From an uncultured Acidobacteriota bacterium (lineage in GTDB: Bacteria; Acidobacteriota; Vicinamibacteria; Vicinamibacterales; CAVVIG01): DNA of 64,000 bases. Shown here piece after piece: positions 48,052 to 58,792 of the stretch; within the stretch, counting starts at the first letter, position 1, and each line of letters begins with the position of its first letter. Below the pieces are notes generated by a model that saw nothing but the letters and a program-made list of their open reading frames with translations, was not told where the DNA came from and did no database searches. The stretch is from the NCBI GenBank assembly GCA_963780685.1, contig CAWACZ010000012.1, positions 195,238 to 259,237 of the forward strand, read 5' to 3'. The position numbers and the translations under genes are program-made.

Positions 48052-51000
48052 TCAGCCGCCGAGGCGGCCATATTTCAGGTAAAGAGTGGGCACGACGAAC
48101 ATGTTCAGTAACGTCGACGTCACTAGGCCGAATAGGATGACGATCGCCATCGGCGTCTGAATCTCACTACCCGCCCTGCCGCCGCCCACTGCCAGCGGAA
48201 TCAGCGCCAGTCCTGCGGCCATGGCGGTCATGACGATCGGAATGAGACGTTCGCACGTGCCCCGCTCGATAGCTTCGCGGAAGTCGGTCACGCCTTCCTG
48301 CTCCATCAGATGACGAACGTGCGAAACGAGCATGATGCCATTGCGCGTCGCAATCCCGAATAACGTGATGAAACCGATCATCGACGCCACGCTCAGGACG
48401 CCGCCCGACAGGTAAACGCCAACGACCCCGCCAATCAGCGCCAGTGGCAGGTTCACCATCACGAGGAGCGCGTCGCGCGCTTGCCCGAACGCGAGCACGA
48501 GCAGCATGAAGACTCCTACGACGACGCCTGCCCCGAGGACCAGCAGCCGACGTGACGCGCTTTGCTCGCTCTCGAACTGCCCGCCATATTCGACCCGATA
48601 GCCGGCCGGCAGCGAGACGGCAGCGGCAATCGTCGCTCGCATGTCCTCGACGACGCTCCCCAGGTCCCGGCCGGCGACGTTGCTCGAGATCACGATACGA
48701 CGCTGCACGTTTTCCCGCTGGATCATGTTCGGTCCGCGTTCCCGCCGGACATCGGCAAGCACTCGAATAGGGACCGGCCCGCTATTCGGTGTGTCGATGG
48801 GCAACCCTGCCAGACGGTCGAAATCGGCCTGCGCCGCTGGATCAAACTTCACCACGATGTCGAACGCCGTGGCTCGATCGAAGACGCGACCAACACGCGC
48901 TCCGGCAAAGCTCGTCTCTACCGCCTCGGCGACGTCATTGGGCCGCAGTCCGTAGCGGCCGATGGCCGTCCGATTCAGTACGAATCGCACGACCGGGACT
49001 TCTGTCTGCTGCTCCAGCGACACGTCGACGGCGCCCGGGATTCGAACCATGACATCCCGGACCTGCTCGCCGAGCCGTCGCAGCGTCAGCAAATCATCGC
49101 CAAAGATCTTCACCGCGATGTTGGCTCGCGTGCCCGACAGCATGTGGTCGATGCGATGCGAGATAGGCTGACCGATTGTCACGTTCGTGCCTGGGAGAGC
49201 CGAGAATCCCCGGCGGAGCTCCGCCAGCAACACCCCACGCGGGCGGCCGCCCTCCCGCAGTCCGACATCGATCTCGGCTGCTTCGACGCCCTGTACGTGT
49301 TCGTCATACTCGGCCCGGCCGGTACGGCGTGCGGTCGCCACGACCTCCGGCTGTGCCAGCAGGATCTGTTCGACACGGCGGCCAATCTCGTCCGATTTTG
49401 GAAGCGATGTACCCGGGAGTGTATTCGCCTGGACGGTCAACGACCCCTCATTGAATTCGGGAAGAAACGCGCTGCCCATGCGTGTCGTCGCCACGAGGGC
49501 GGCTGCCAGCAGGCTGCCCGCCACGACCACGATCAAACGCGGCCGATCGAGAGCCAGGGGCAGCGCTTTCGCAAACCGCGCCTTGAGCCACCGCGTCAGC
49601 CAGCCGTCGTGCCCCTGCAGGATCGACTTCGCGTTCGGCAAGAACGCGTAGGACAGCGCCGGTGTGACGATGATCGCCACACCCAGTGACGCCAGCAGCG
49701 CCACGATGTACGCGAATGCGAGCGGCGTCAGGAGCCGGCCTTCCACCCCGGACAGCCCGAAGACTGGCATGAATACGAGAACGATGATGACGGTCGCGAA
49801 CACAATCGAGGTCCGGATCTCGAGTGTCGCATCACACACGACGGCAGCAGCGGCCTGCTGCTCGCCCGGCGGCCTAACCGCGTTCTCGCGCAACCGTCGG
49901 ACTACGTTTTCCACATCGATGATCGCATCGTCGACCAACGCACCGATTGCGATGGCCATTCCTCCAAGCGTCATCGTGTTGATGGTCGCATCGAACGCCC
50001 GTAATACGAGAACGGCGGCGGCCAGCGACAACGGCATGGCGGTCAGCGTAATCGCCGCTGCCCGGAGGTTGGCGAGAAACAACACCACGATGAGGATGAC
50101 GAGCAGCGCGCCGTCGCGCAGGGCGTTGACGACGTTGTGGATCGCGACCTCGATGAAGTCAGCTTGCCGGAAGATGCGGCGATCGATCGTCATTCCGCGC
50201 GACAGCTCCCGTTGAATCGCATCGAGCTCGCGATCGAGTCGCGCGGTCAATTCAACAGTGTTGGCTCCTGGCTGTTTCTGTACGCCGACGATGACCGCGG
50301 GCTTCCCGTTGCGTGAACCCTCGCCCCGTTTCAGCGCACCACCTACGCGCACCTCGGCGATATCGCGGACCAACACCGAGCGGTCGCCGTGCAGTGTCAC
50401 GACGGTGTCGCCGATGTCGGCCGGCGTGCGCGCGCGCCCGATCGTCTCCAGCACGTACTCCTGCGGACCCTCCACATATATGCCAGCCGACGTGTTCTGG
50501 CTCGCGCCCCGCACGGCGTTCAGCAGCTCGTTGACACTGATGTTGTTGGCGCGGAGCTGATCTGGATGGACCACGACCTGAAACTGGCGTTCGGACCCGC
50601 CAATGGGTGTCACCTGCGACACACCGGCCACTGCGAGCAGCCGCCGTCGGACCAGGGTGTCCGCCATTGTGCGAAGAGTCAGCGGATCGTCAGCGTCCGA
50701 CGAAATCGCAAAAAACAGAATCTCGCCCATGATCGACGAGATTGGCGCCAGGATGGGCCGCTCGGCTTGTGGGGGGAGGCTACCGCCGACCAGCGCCAGC
50801 TTCTCGGCAACCACCTGACGCGCTCGAAAAATGTCGGTGCCCCAGTCGAATTCCACCCAGACGACCGCAATGCCAACGGCAGTTGCAGAGCGGACGCGCC
50901 GTACGTCGGACGCGCCGTTGATAGCGGCTTCGATCGGAAAGGTCACGAGCGTTTCCATCTCCTCGGGCGCCATGCCGCGTCCTTCGATGAGAATCGTGAC

Positions 51001-51135
51001 CGTCGGCGCCGTCAAATCAGGAAAGACGTCGACCGGCATGGCTCGGGCAGTCCACATACCAGCGCCGGCGAGCACGATCGACAGCGCCAGAACCATCCAG
51101 TGATGATCAATCGACCATTGGATCAGCTTTTTCAT
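48052..51135 (-). CDS. CusA/CzcA-family heavy-metal efflux RND transporter (intact, 1027 aa)
   Basis: MKKLIQWSIDHHWMVLALSIVLAGAGMWTARAMPVDVFPDLTAPTVTILIEGRGMAPEEMETLVTFPIE... is the typical HME-RND N-terminus and length. Confidence 0.9.
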   Translation of the reverse strand: MKKLIQWSIDHHWMVLALSIVLAGAGMWTARAMPVDVFPDLTAPTVTILIEGRGMAPEEMETLVTFPIEAAINGASDVRRVRSATAVGIAVVWVEFDWGTDIFRARQVVAEKLALVGGSLPPQAERPILAPISSIMGEILFFAISSDADDPLTLRTMADTLVRRRLLAVAGVSQVTPIGGSERQFQVVVHPDQLRANNISVNELLNAVRGASQNTSAGIYVEGPQEYVLETIGRARTPADIGDTVVTLHGDRSVLVRDIAEVRVGGALKRGEGSRNGKPAVIVGVQKQPGANTVELTARLDRELDAIQRELSRGMTIDRRIFRQADFIEVAIHNVVNALRDGALLVILIVVLFLANLRAAAITLTAMPLSLAAAVLVLRAFDATINTMTLGGMAIAIGALVDDAIIDVENVVRRLRENAVRPPGEQQAAAAVVCDATLEIRTSIVFATVIIVLVFMPVFGLSGVEGRLLTPLAFAYIVALLASLGVAIIVTPALSYAFLPNAKSILQGHDGWLTRWLKARFAKALPLALDRPRLIVVVAGSLLAAALVATTRMGSAFLPEFNEGSLTVQANTLPGTSLPKSDEIGRRVEQILLAQPEVVATARRTGRAEYDEHVQGVEAAEIDVGLREGGRPRGVLLAELRRGFSALPGTNVTIGQPISHRIDHMLSGTRANIAVKIFGDDLLTLRRLGEQVRDVMVRIPGAVDVSLEQQTEVPVVRFVLNRTAIGRYGLRPNDVAEAVETSFAGARVGRVFDRATAFDIVVKFDPAAQADFDRLAGLPIDTPNSGPVPIRVLADVRRERGPNMIQRENVQRRIVISSNVAGRDLGSVVEDMRATIAAAVSLPAGYRVEYGGQFESEQSASRRLLVLGAGVVVGVFMLLVLAFGQARDALLVMVNLPLALIGGVVGVYLSGGVLSVASMIGFITLFGIATRNGIMLVSHVRHLMEQEGVTDFREAIERGTCERLIPIVMTAMAAGLALIPLAVGGGRAGSEIQTPMAIVILFGLVTSTLLNMFVVPTLYLKYGRLGG

Positions 51136-51159
51136 TGATTACTCCGGGGCCCTGCCCAT

Positions 51160-52704
51160 CTAGTGAACATGGCCTTCGGCGGGCAGCCCAGACGCCGCGG
51201 ACGCTAAGTGCACCTCGTATGCGCCCCGGGTGACGACCCGCTCCCCGGACTTCACACCGCTGGTGATTCCCACCAGGTCGCCATCTTTCGCGGCAATCTC
51301 GATGAACCGGCGCACAAACTTCTCACCTCCAACCTGTACGAACACGTATGGACGGCCGGCCTCCATCAGCACCGCCGCACTCGGGACGCCTGGGACTCGC
51401 TGACGCTCGCGCGCGTACAGGACTGCCGTGCCAGCCTGACCGACCAGCAATTGCTCTCCGGGATTTTCGATCTCCATCTGAAGCCCGAGCGCCTGGGTTC
51501 CTGGATGGATGACGCCGGAATCATGCAGGTGGCGCGGCTCGAGCATGAACGGCGAGGCGATTCCCGGAATTTCGAGCGCGAGTCCGCCGGCCTGGCGCGC
51601 CACTACCACCTCGGCCGACGGAACCTGGACTTCCAACTCGACGCGGTCCGTCCGCACGATCTTGAAGAGCGGAGTCCCTTCATCATAAGAAGCGCCCAGC
51701 GTCGCGTTTACCTCCGCCAATCGACCAGCGATTGGCGCACGCAGCACGAACGCGTTGCCGGCGGCCGCACCGCCACCCGCACGGAGCGTTTCGTCACGTT
51801 GCGCGAGCCGCGCCTCGGCCGCTCGCAGCCGGGCCTCTGCCACAGTGATGGTGCGGCGTGCGTCGTCCACTCGGCGAGCCGGCACCGCCCGCTCGGCGAG
51901 GAGCCGCTCCGCCCGCGCCAGCTCGACGCGCGCGGCTTCGAACGCAGCGCGCGCCTCTGCAACGTCCGCCTCGAGCGTGGCGCGGTCGGCACCCGTGGCG
52001 AGCCGCGGCTCCAGACGTCCAAGGACCTGCCCCGCGCGGACGCGCGTGCCAATCGACAGCAACACGTCGGTGGTGAACCGGCCGGCCGCCGGCGCCGCCA
52101 CCATCGCCTCACCGCCCGGCAGCGGATGCACCGTCGCCGGGACCCGGATTGACGCACGTACCTCCACCTCCTGCACAGGCGTCGTCGCGAATGGATTGGT
52201 CCATTGCTGTTCCTTGAGATACGCGATCGCTGTAGCCGCTTCCGGGGCTGCCTGCTCGCCGCTGGCTCTGGCGGCCCGCTCATCGGCAAAGACCGTGACC
52301 GACCCAAGGTCATGTCGATCGACGAGTCCCGGCACCTCGAGAATCAGCGTCCACCGGTACCGGCCGGCTGGAGGCGGAACGGCTTCAATGCGAAACGCTC
52401 CGGGCCGGGACGGTCGCGGACCCGTCAAGACTGTCGGCTGACCGCCAGCCTCCGGTGTGAACTCGACCCTGGCCTGGCCGTCGGCGACGGGCGCAAAGTC
52501 GGCGAGCCTCGTCAAGTGCACCGCGAAAAGCGCGGAGCGGCCCGCGACGAGCGGTGGGTATTCCATGAACAGCTCGGTCTTGTCGGTCCAATGCGTCACG
52601 TCAAGCGTCGTTACAGCTCCAGGACTCTGAACCGGTGCGGCCCGTCCGCAACCGGCGAAACCAAGCGCACCGAGCAACAGGAGAGCCGTCAGTTTTGCGG
52701 TCAT
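51160..52704 (-). CDS. Efflux RND periplasmic adaptor (MFP) lipoprotein with an extra N-terminal domain
   Basis: MTAKLTALLLLGALGFAGC is the lipobox. The coiled-coil hairpin is EADVAEARAAFEAARVELARAERLLAERAVPARRVDDARRTITVAEARLRAAEARL. Beta-barrel and MP domains follow. ATG 52704 overlaps the OMP stop. Confidence 0.85.
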   Translation of the reverse strand: MTAKLTALLLLGALGFAGCGRAAPVQSPGAVTTLDVTHWTDKTELFMEYPPLVAGRSALFAVHLTRLADFAPVADGQARVEFTPEAGGQPTVLTGPRPSRPGAFRIEAVPPPAGRYRWTLILEVPGLVDRHDLGSVTVFADERAARASGEQAAPEAATAIAYLKEQQWTNPFATTPVQEVEVRASIRVPATVHPLPGGEAMVAAPAAGRFTTDVLLSIGTRVRAGQVLGRLEPRLATGADRATLEADVAEARAAFEAARVELARAERLLAERAVPARRVDDARRTITVAEARLRAAEARLAQRDETLRAGGGAAAGNAFVLRAPIAGRLAEVNATLGASYDEGTPLFKIVRTDRVELEVQVPSAEVVVARQAGGLALEIPGIASPFMLEPRHLHDSGVIHPGTQALGLQMEIENPGEQLLVGQAGTAVLYARERQRVPGVPSAAVLMEAGRPYVFVQVGGEKFVRRFIEIAAKDGDLVGITSGVKSGERVVTRGAYEVHLASAASGLPAEGHVH

Positions 52705-53927
52705 TGTGGAATCTCCCAACCACTCGCAAATGTCAGCTCGATCTCAGCTCGTCGTACCGCGAGGTCGAGGGTTGCCTGACGCACGCGCGCGGAGGCACCA
52801 ATCCGATAGGCGTCGAGCAACTCCAAGATGCCCCGTTCACCGGCGTCGTAGCTCACCTGCGCAATCCGTTCAATCTGGGCGGCGCTGTTCAAGGCGTCGG
52901 ACCGATACCGCTCGGCCACCATGCGTCGCTGAATGACCGCCTCGCGAAGCGCGGCCACCTCTCCGCGAAGGACGAGACGAAATGACGAAGCACGCGAGTT
53001 CGCCTGAGCCATCCGTGCCTGGGCGAGCGCGCGTTCCGCTGCCGATCGATCGAACAGCGGGATCGTCGCGCGGACGGTGATGACGCTGCCGACATCTCCA
53101 CCGCCGAGGTTCGACGACTTGGTGCCGGCGACGATCTCCGGCTCGGGCACGCGCCGACGGTCGGCGGCCTGAGCCGCGAACTCCGCCGACTCGAGGTCGT
53201 GCCGCAGCGCGACGAGCTCACCGCGCGTCGATTCCGCGTGCCCGAGTAGTGTCTCGAGTGCCGGGATCGCGGCCGCGGACGGCCCGCCGGGCAGCGCCAC
53301 GAGCAGAGAGGCGTCCGTGCCGTCGCCGAAGTAGCTCGCCAGCCTCGCCTGGGCGCTTGCTCGTTCGATGACCACCAGCGCCCGGTCGGCCTCGATGTCG
53401 AGCGCCTCGCGCTCGGCACGAAGACGATCGAATCCCGCGGCATCACCAGCGTTCTCACGTTTCGCCAGGGCGTCCGCCAGTTCGCGAAGACAATCCCATG
53501 CGCTCGTCAGCTCACGCTCCCGCGCCTGGGCCGCCACGAGGTCTGCGAAGGCGAGTCGCAGCTCCGTGCGAAGGCGCCGGACCCCATCATCGGCACGGCT
53601 CGAGCTGGCCGACACCAGCGCCTCCGCTGAATGCACGTCCAGCCCGCGGCGTCCGGTGATGGGCAGCACCTGCGACACCGTCGTGAGGTACTCGGTGACT
53701 CCCGCCACCGACTCGCGTGTCAGGCCCGGTTGCGGATTTGGCCATCGCCCTGCAGTCAGGACATCAACCCGCGCCATGTCAACAGCCGTGCGGATTGCCC
53801 GCACGCGAGGACTGTCTGACGAGAGTCGCGCCAAGGCATCGGACTCGGTCAACGTCAACGTTTGCGCGCCGACACCGAGCGGCATCCACACCACCGCCAG
53901 GGCGGCGCAGAGCACATCTCTGCGCAT
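52701..53927 (-). CDS. TolC-family outer membrane efflux protein (CzcC-like)
   Basis: 408 aa with a signal peptide and two repeated alpha-helical/beta halves. It is the first gene of the OMP-MFP-RND order typical of czcCBA. Confidence 0.8.
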   Translation of the reverse strand: MRRDVLCAALAVVWMPLGVGAQTLTLTESDALARLSSDSPRVRAIRTAVDMARVDVLTAGRWPNPQPGLTRESVAGVTEYLTTVSQVLPITGRRGLDVHSAEALVSASSSRADDGVRRLRTELRLAFADLVAAQARERELTSAWDCLRELADALAKRENAGDAAGFDRLRAEREALDIEADRALVVIERASAQARLASYFGDGTDASLLVALPGGPSAAAIPALETLLGHAESTRGELVALRHDLESAEFAAQAADRRRVPEPEIVAGTKSSNLGGGDVGSVITVRATIPLFDRSAAERALAQARMAQANSRASSFRLVLRGEVAALREAVIQRRMVAERYRSDALNSAAQIERIAQVSYDAGERGILELLDAYRIGASARVRQATLDLAVRRAEIELTFASGWEIPQ

Positions 53928-53983
53928 AACACCTCGAATGAACGGATCACGAGATAGACGACGGAAAGGTCCGTCAGATCAGA

Positions 53984-54373
53984 TCAGGCGGATAAACGAG
54001 GAGGGCCGCGGAGGGAAAGACAGGCTCTCGGAGGACCGTGTGGGGGCGCCGTATCGTAATCAGGTGGCGATGCCCACTCGGCCAACGCAGGGACCGATTC
54101 AGGCCATGCGGTCGCCGGCAAGGCCGGGACCGTCAACTGGTAACCGGGCTGGAACCTTGCCACCCCATCCAGCCAGACGACGTGGTCATCGTCGTCGGCA
54201 AGCTCGGGGTGGTCGCGGTCGTGCGCCGCGATTGAATGAAGCTGCACATGTCGATGCACAGCCGCCGGTGCATGGTCGTCATGCTCGTGAAGGTGCGCGG
54301 GTGCCATCGCGGAGAGCGCGATGTATGGAGCCAGAAGCACGCTCACGGCGAGCCGGCCGAAGGAAGGTTTCAC
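53984..54373 (-). CDS. Hypothetical His/Asp-rich signal-anchored protein upstream of the efflux operon
   Basis: From GTG 54373: VKPSFGRLAVSVLLAPYIALSAMAPAHLHEHDDHAPAAVHRHVQLHSIAAHDRDHPELADDDDH... The start is uncertain. Confidence 0.4.
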   Translation of the reverse strand: MKPSFGRLAVSVLLAPYIALSAMAPAHLHEHDDHAPAAVHRHVQLHSIAAHDRDHPELADDDDHVVWLDGVARFQPGYQLTVPALPATAWPESVPALAEWASPPDYDTAPPHGPPRACLSLRGPPRLSA

Positions 54374-54443
54374 GCTTCCGTGATTATCGCCACCGGGCGA
54401 ACGCCTCGTCAAATGGCGCTGCTTTGTCAGGCGCCGAGCCGAA

Positions 54444-54959
54444 TCACCGAAGTGAACGCTCGACGGTGAAGTTCCGCATCGTCCCTCGGGCGTCCACGTA
54501 CGCAATGTCCGCTGACACCGAGCGCGGATACACACCGCACGGGAACTGCGGCTGAAAACTGAACGGCCTCGACGTCCCGGCTACGACGAGCGTCGAACCG
54601 AACTGGCGCGTCAACCCCGGCTTGGGCACGGACACCATCGGCCCGCCCAAAGACGAGCCGTCGATCAATTGGATGGTGACTCGATCGACGTCCACGGTTT
54701 CGAATGCCGAGATGACGATGGTAAACGGGAACGTCACGTTCGGATTGCCGACACAGTCGTTGGGCGAAAAGAAAGGCGGCTGACTGATGGTGGCCGCGAC
54801 GGCCGGCGATGGCGCAAAGACGACAGGCACGCCCGTGCGCACGGCATCGTCATCGCACGCGGACAGGGCGAACGCGAGCACGGCACACGCGATTGTCGGA
54901 CGGAGCATCGGCTTGGTCTGCAATTGGTCGGCTGGCATGAGTGCTCTTCCTTTCTGCAT
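54444..54959 (-). CDS. Hypothetical lipoprotein
   Basis: MLRPTIACAVLAFALSAC is the lipobox (internal ATG at 54908). I recognise no family. Confidence 0.5.
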   Translation of the reverse strand: MQKGRALMPADQLQTKPMLRPTIACAVLAFALSACDDDAVRTGVPVVFAPSPAVAATISQPPFFSPNDCVGNPNVTFPFTIVISAFETVDVDRVTIQLIDGSSLGGPMVSVPKPGLTRQFGSTLVVAGTSRPFSFQPQFPCGVYPRSVSADIAYVDARGTMRNFTVERSLR

Positions 54960-55280
54960 TTGCGTGCGCGATCAGCGTCGACGTTTGTCGCGGGCGCTGA
55001 TTGTGCAGCAATTTGCACTCATGCGCTAAACAATAAATTCACGGGAAATGAGGAGTGAACTCGTCGCCGAGCTTCCGGCGATTGCAGAAATGTATTTTTG
55101 AGATCGCGACGGACCGGAGCTTTTCCGATGTCGAGTGGAATACTTCGTGGCTGTGGATTATGTGGCGACGAACGCGTCGGGACGGCCATCTGTTTGCCGC
55201 TCGCAGGTAGAACATCTCCGCGGAGTGGCAGCTGACATTTTCGTCAGCGTCTCATCGATGGCGTTTCAAACGGATTGAAT

Positions 55281-55311
55281 CCCGCACGGACCGCGAAGCG
55301 GCCCGTGCGGG
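55281..55311 (-). terminator. Strong GC-rich hairpin just downstream of the 55360..57524 gene (candidate terminator)
   Basis: CCCGCACGG-a-CCGC-gaa-GCGG-c-CCGTGCGGG, with 9 + 4 bp of pairing. The T-tract on the transcribed strand is weak (attcaatccgtttg). Confidence 0.45.
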
Positions 55312-55359
55312 AGTAGGATGAGTCGTGACCGTGGATTATATGGCGGGAATCGAGCGCGT

Positions 55360-57524
55360 CTACTTCGCCAGTGGATCCGGTCGCAACTGGAAGTGCGCGG
55401 CCAGCGGGCGCGTACCCTTCCCGCCTTCGACGAGCCACGGCGTACGGTCGCCGTTGGCGGCCCACAACCCACGTCCTTTCCAGCCCGCGTTCGGATCGTC
55501 GATGCGTCCGTCGAAGCCCTTCGCATAGAAGCCAAGCGGATACGGCACGCGGAGCACGACCATGCGGCCGCCCGCGTACGCGATGATGCCGTCGTTCAGA
55601 TTTCCTGTAGACATCGGCACATCATTCCCCAGCCCGAACGTGTTGTGCTGGTCGACCCACGAGTAGTAGCTCGACTCGGCGCTGTTCTCGCCGATGCCCC
55701 GGAACCCTGGACCGGGTACTGATGGAACGACCAGCCTTCGGGGCAGTGATCGCCGGTGGCATTGGGTCCGTTGAGCGGCGCCTTGCACTTGCGGCGATCG
55801 AAGCTGCCGATGTGGCCGCTGCCGAGCGACACCCACACCACGCCCTGGCGGTCGATGTCCGCGCCACGCGCGCCGAAGCCCGGCATCGGCACGCGATAAA
55901 TCTCGGCCAGCGCAGTGCTGGGCGGGTTCGAACCGGGCGCGAGCCTCACGACGGCGCCCGGAACGCCAAGAGTCGAGCCCCACACGGAACCGTCAGCCGG
56001 GCTCGGCATCACGGCATAGAACGGGGAAATGAGGCGCGTGTCCTTGGTCGGGTCGGGCGGATCGTTGCCCTCGACATAGGCATCGCGTTTGCCGTTGCCG
56101 TTGGTGTCGAGGACGAGCACCGTCCAGCCCTGTGATTTCGCGGCATCGCCGGTCTCGAGGAACATCTTCGAGTTCAACCACCCGACGACCGGGCCACCGC
56201 CACTCGTCCAGAGCGTGTCGTTGCCGTCGTAACCAAACTGGAGATGATGCGTCGAGAAGCAGGTATCGACGTACGAGTATTTCTGCGTCTTCGGATCGAA
56301 CACTGCCAGATGACGGACCGCGCGGTCCATCGGAAACGCCTTCGCCGATGGATGATCCGAGCCCTGCTTACAGAAGGCCGGGTTGTCCGCGCCACGAACC
56401 GAGGCGGCCAGCCAGAGCTTTCCGTCGCGGCCGAACATCGAGTTGTGGTTGTTGACCCGCGTTTCCCAGATCCGCTCGTTACCCCAGTACGGCGACGGCA
56501 TCGTCGGATCGAGCCCGGCGGCGTGGCCCGGCCCAAGGTTGAGCGGCATCTCCGGGTCGCGCACGGGCGCCTTGAACGTCGTGGCGACATTCTTCACTGG
56601 GTCGAGGATCGGGATGAGATCGGAGCTGTACTCCGGCGATCCGTACACCGGTCCGTAAGCGTTCACATTGGGATGGCGCCGGTCGCTCGCGATCAAGTCG
56701 TGGAGGTACTGCTTGTCGTTCATCCAGTCGCGCAGCGTGACGACGATGTTCCGCTCCACGCCTTGCGGTCGAGGAGGCTTGGCGAACGGCAGCTCACCCT
56801 TGGCGATGCGATCGGTCCAGTCGCCGTAGCTCGCGAACGACACGTCGCCGAGGCCCGTCAGCTGTCCGAGCATCATCTGGCCCGCCTGACCCGACTGCAC
56901 GCGCCGGCGCCAGGCGTCGGCCGGGGACGTGAAGTTGCCGAGGGCAGCCGGAATCGTGCGCGTAGACTCCTGACCGAGCTGATGACACCCGATGCAGCCG
57001 GTGTTCTTCATCGCGCTGATCCAGTTCGTCTGCGTCAGACGAGCCGGAATGCTGCTCGTGCCGCCAAACTGGTCCGCGGCAGGAATCTTGAGCATCGAGT
57101 ACCAATAGATTGCGGGATAGTAGTGGGCCGCGGCCGCCTCGTTGGGCGCCACCGTCGCCGTGATGTTCAGCTGTTGTCCAGGCTTCGCGGTCGCTTTCGC
57201 ACTGTCGACGAGGCCGTACCCTCGCGCCCACACCTGGTAGGCCGCCTGTGGCAGATCCGGCAAGACGTAGCGGCCGCGGTCGTCTGTGACGACGCTCTTG
57301 ATGTAGCGGACCGGCAGATCGCGCGTCTCGGCGATCACCCAGACCCCGGCCTCCGGACCTTTCGGCCCGCTGACCACGCCGCCGATGTCATCGCGATCGA
57401 TCGCGACCTCGCTCGCCGGCTGCTGCGCCTGGGAAGTGGTCAGAAAAAGGAATGAGCTCAGAACGGTGCCGACGCCGAGGCCTCCAAGGCCGATGAGCGA
57501 GCGGATGAGTCGACTGCTTGGCAT
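55360..57524 (-). CDS. Secreted CarboxypepD_reg-like domain protein with a single CxxCH heme-c motif; apparent frameshift near 55720
   Basis: GGVVSGPKGPEAGVWVIAETRDLPVRYIKSVVTDDRGRYVLPDLPQAAYQVWARGYG, then NTGCIGCHQLG. The C-terminus GPGFRGIGENSAESSYYSWVDQHNTFGLGNDVPMSTGN...LAAHFQLRPDPLAK is in ORF 55360..55983. ATG 57524 has an AGGAG Shine-Dalgarno. Confidence 0.7.
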
Positions 57525-57590
57525 GGCTGACGCTCCTGATGCGATATGACGGGCCGATGGTAGCACGGGCCGGGAAGGCGCACTCGAAGG

Positions 57591-57830
57591 TCAGGACTGG
57601 TTCCGAAGCTCGTTTTCCAGCGCCTGAATGGCCTGATCCAGCATCCGGCGATGATGCAGATTCCTCGCGGCTTCGCGTTCCACCCGCGCCTTCGAAAGCG
57701 CCAGCTCAACGCTGCGACGTTTCGCTTCCGCCTCCCGCTCCGCCGGGGTGAGGGATCGTCCCGTCGCTTTCGAGCGGCTTGCTTCGGCCTGCTGGAATTC
57801 GACGTCTTTGCTCTCGAACCCACGTGCCAT
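57591..57830 (-). CDS. Small charged coiled-coil hypothetical protein
   Basis: 79 aa: MARGFESKDVEFQQAEASRSKATGRSLTPAEREAEAKRRSVELALSKARVEREAARNL... Confidence 0.45.
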   Translation of the reverse strand: MARGFESKDVEFQQAEASRSKATGRSLTPAEREAEAKRRSVELALSKARVEREAARNLHHRRMLDQAIQALENELRNQS

Positions 57831-57903
57831 TCGGACCAGCCTAAAGAGTGCAATGCAGTAAAGCCCTATGCAAGACGACCGATTGTAGTGCGATCATCTG
57901 CCC

Positions 57904-58644
57904 GTGCCCATGACGCTCGACCCACAGGACGTCCGCGTCCACTACAGCCTCACCGGGGAAGTCGATGCGGAAGGCCGTGACGCCGCGATGCAGACGCTCT
58001 CGTCAACCGAGCGCGATCGTGCAAACCGCCTTGTTTTCGAGCGCGATCGGCTGCAGTTCATCGTCGCGCACGGGCTGCTTCGACGAGCGCTGTCGACGTA
58101 CGCAGCCGTGGAGCCGAAGGCCTGGCGGTTCGTCGCAAATCAGTTCGGAAAGCCCGCGCTCGCCGATGACTTCGCGTCAACGAACATCGCGTTCAATCTG
58201 GCTCATACCGACGGGTTGGCGGCGTGTGTCATCACTCGAGGTGACGATGTGGGGATTGACGTCGAAGCGACCGACAGACGCACTCAGCCACTTGAACTAG
58301 CCACTCGGTACTTCTCGCCGCTCGAGGTCGCCGACCTCCACGCGTGTCCCGAGAGCGAGCGCCAGGTTCGCTTCATCGAGATCTGGACGCTCAAAGAAGC
58401 GTACGTGAAGGCCGTCGGCATGGGACTCTCGCACCCCCTGCAAACGTTCAGCTTCCGATTCGACGGGGAATCGTCCATTTGCTTCGAGCCTTCGACACCG
58501 AGCGAATCGCCGTGGGGGTTCAGGCTATTCGCGCCATCCGGCCGACACCGGTTGGCAGTTGCCGTCCGCGGCAGATCCCATCGCATCATCCCCACACCCA
58601 GCTCCGACGGGCCACCCGCCGCGCTTCTTCGTACGTCGGTGTGA
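57904..58644 (+). CDS. 4'-phosphopantetheinyl transferase (Sfp-type)
   Basis: FNLAHTDGLAACVITRGDDVGIDVE and IWTLKEAYVKAVGMGL are the PPTase motifs. Confidence 0.85.
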   Translation: MPMTLDPQDVRVHYSLTGEVDAEGRDAAMQTLSSTERDRANRLVFERDRLQFIVAHGLLRRALSTYAAVEPKAWRFVANQFGKPALADDFASTNIAFNLAHTDGLAACVITRGDDVGIDVEATDRRTQPLELATRYFSPLEVADLHACPESERQVRFIEIWTLKEAYVKAVGMGLSHPLQTFSFRFDGESSICFEPSTPSESPWGFRLFAPSGRHRLAVAVRGRSHRIIPTPSSDGPPAALLRTSV

Positions 58645-58792
58645 CTTCGACGTCGTGCGTTCAACCAATCGCGGTTCGCCGGGTCGTATTTATCGCGAAC
58701 CGCGGCGCGTATAATTTCAACGTCTTCACCATGCCGCTCGCTCCGGGCAGCCGTCTTGCCCCGTACGAGATCGTGGTCCGAAGGAGGGCTCG

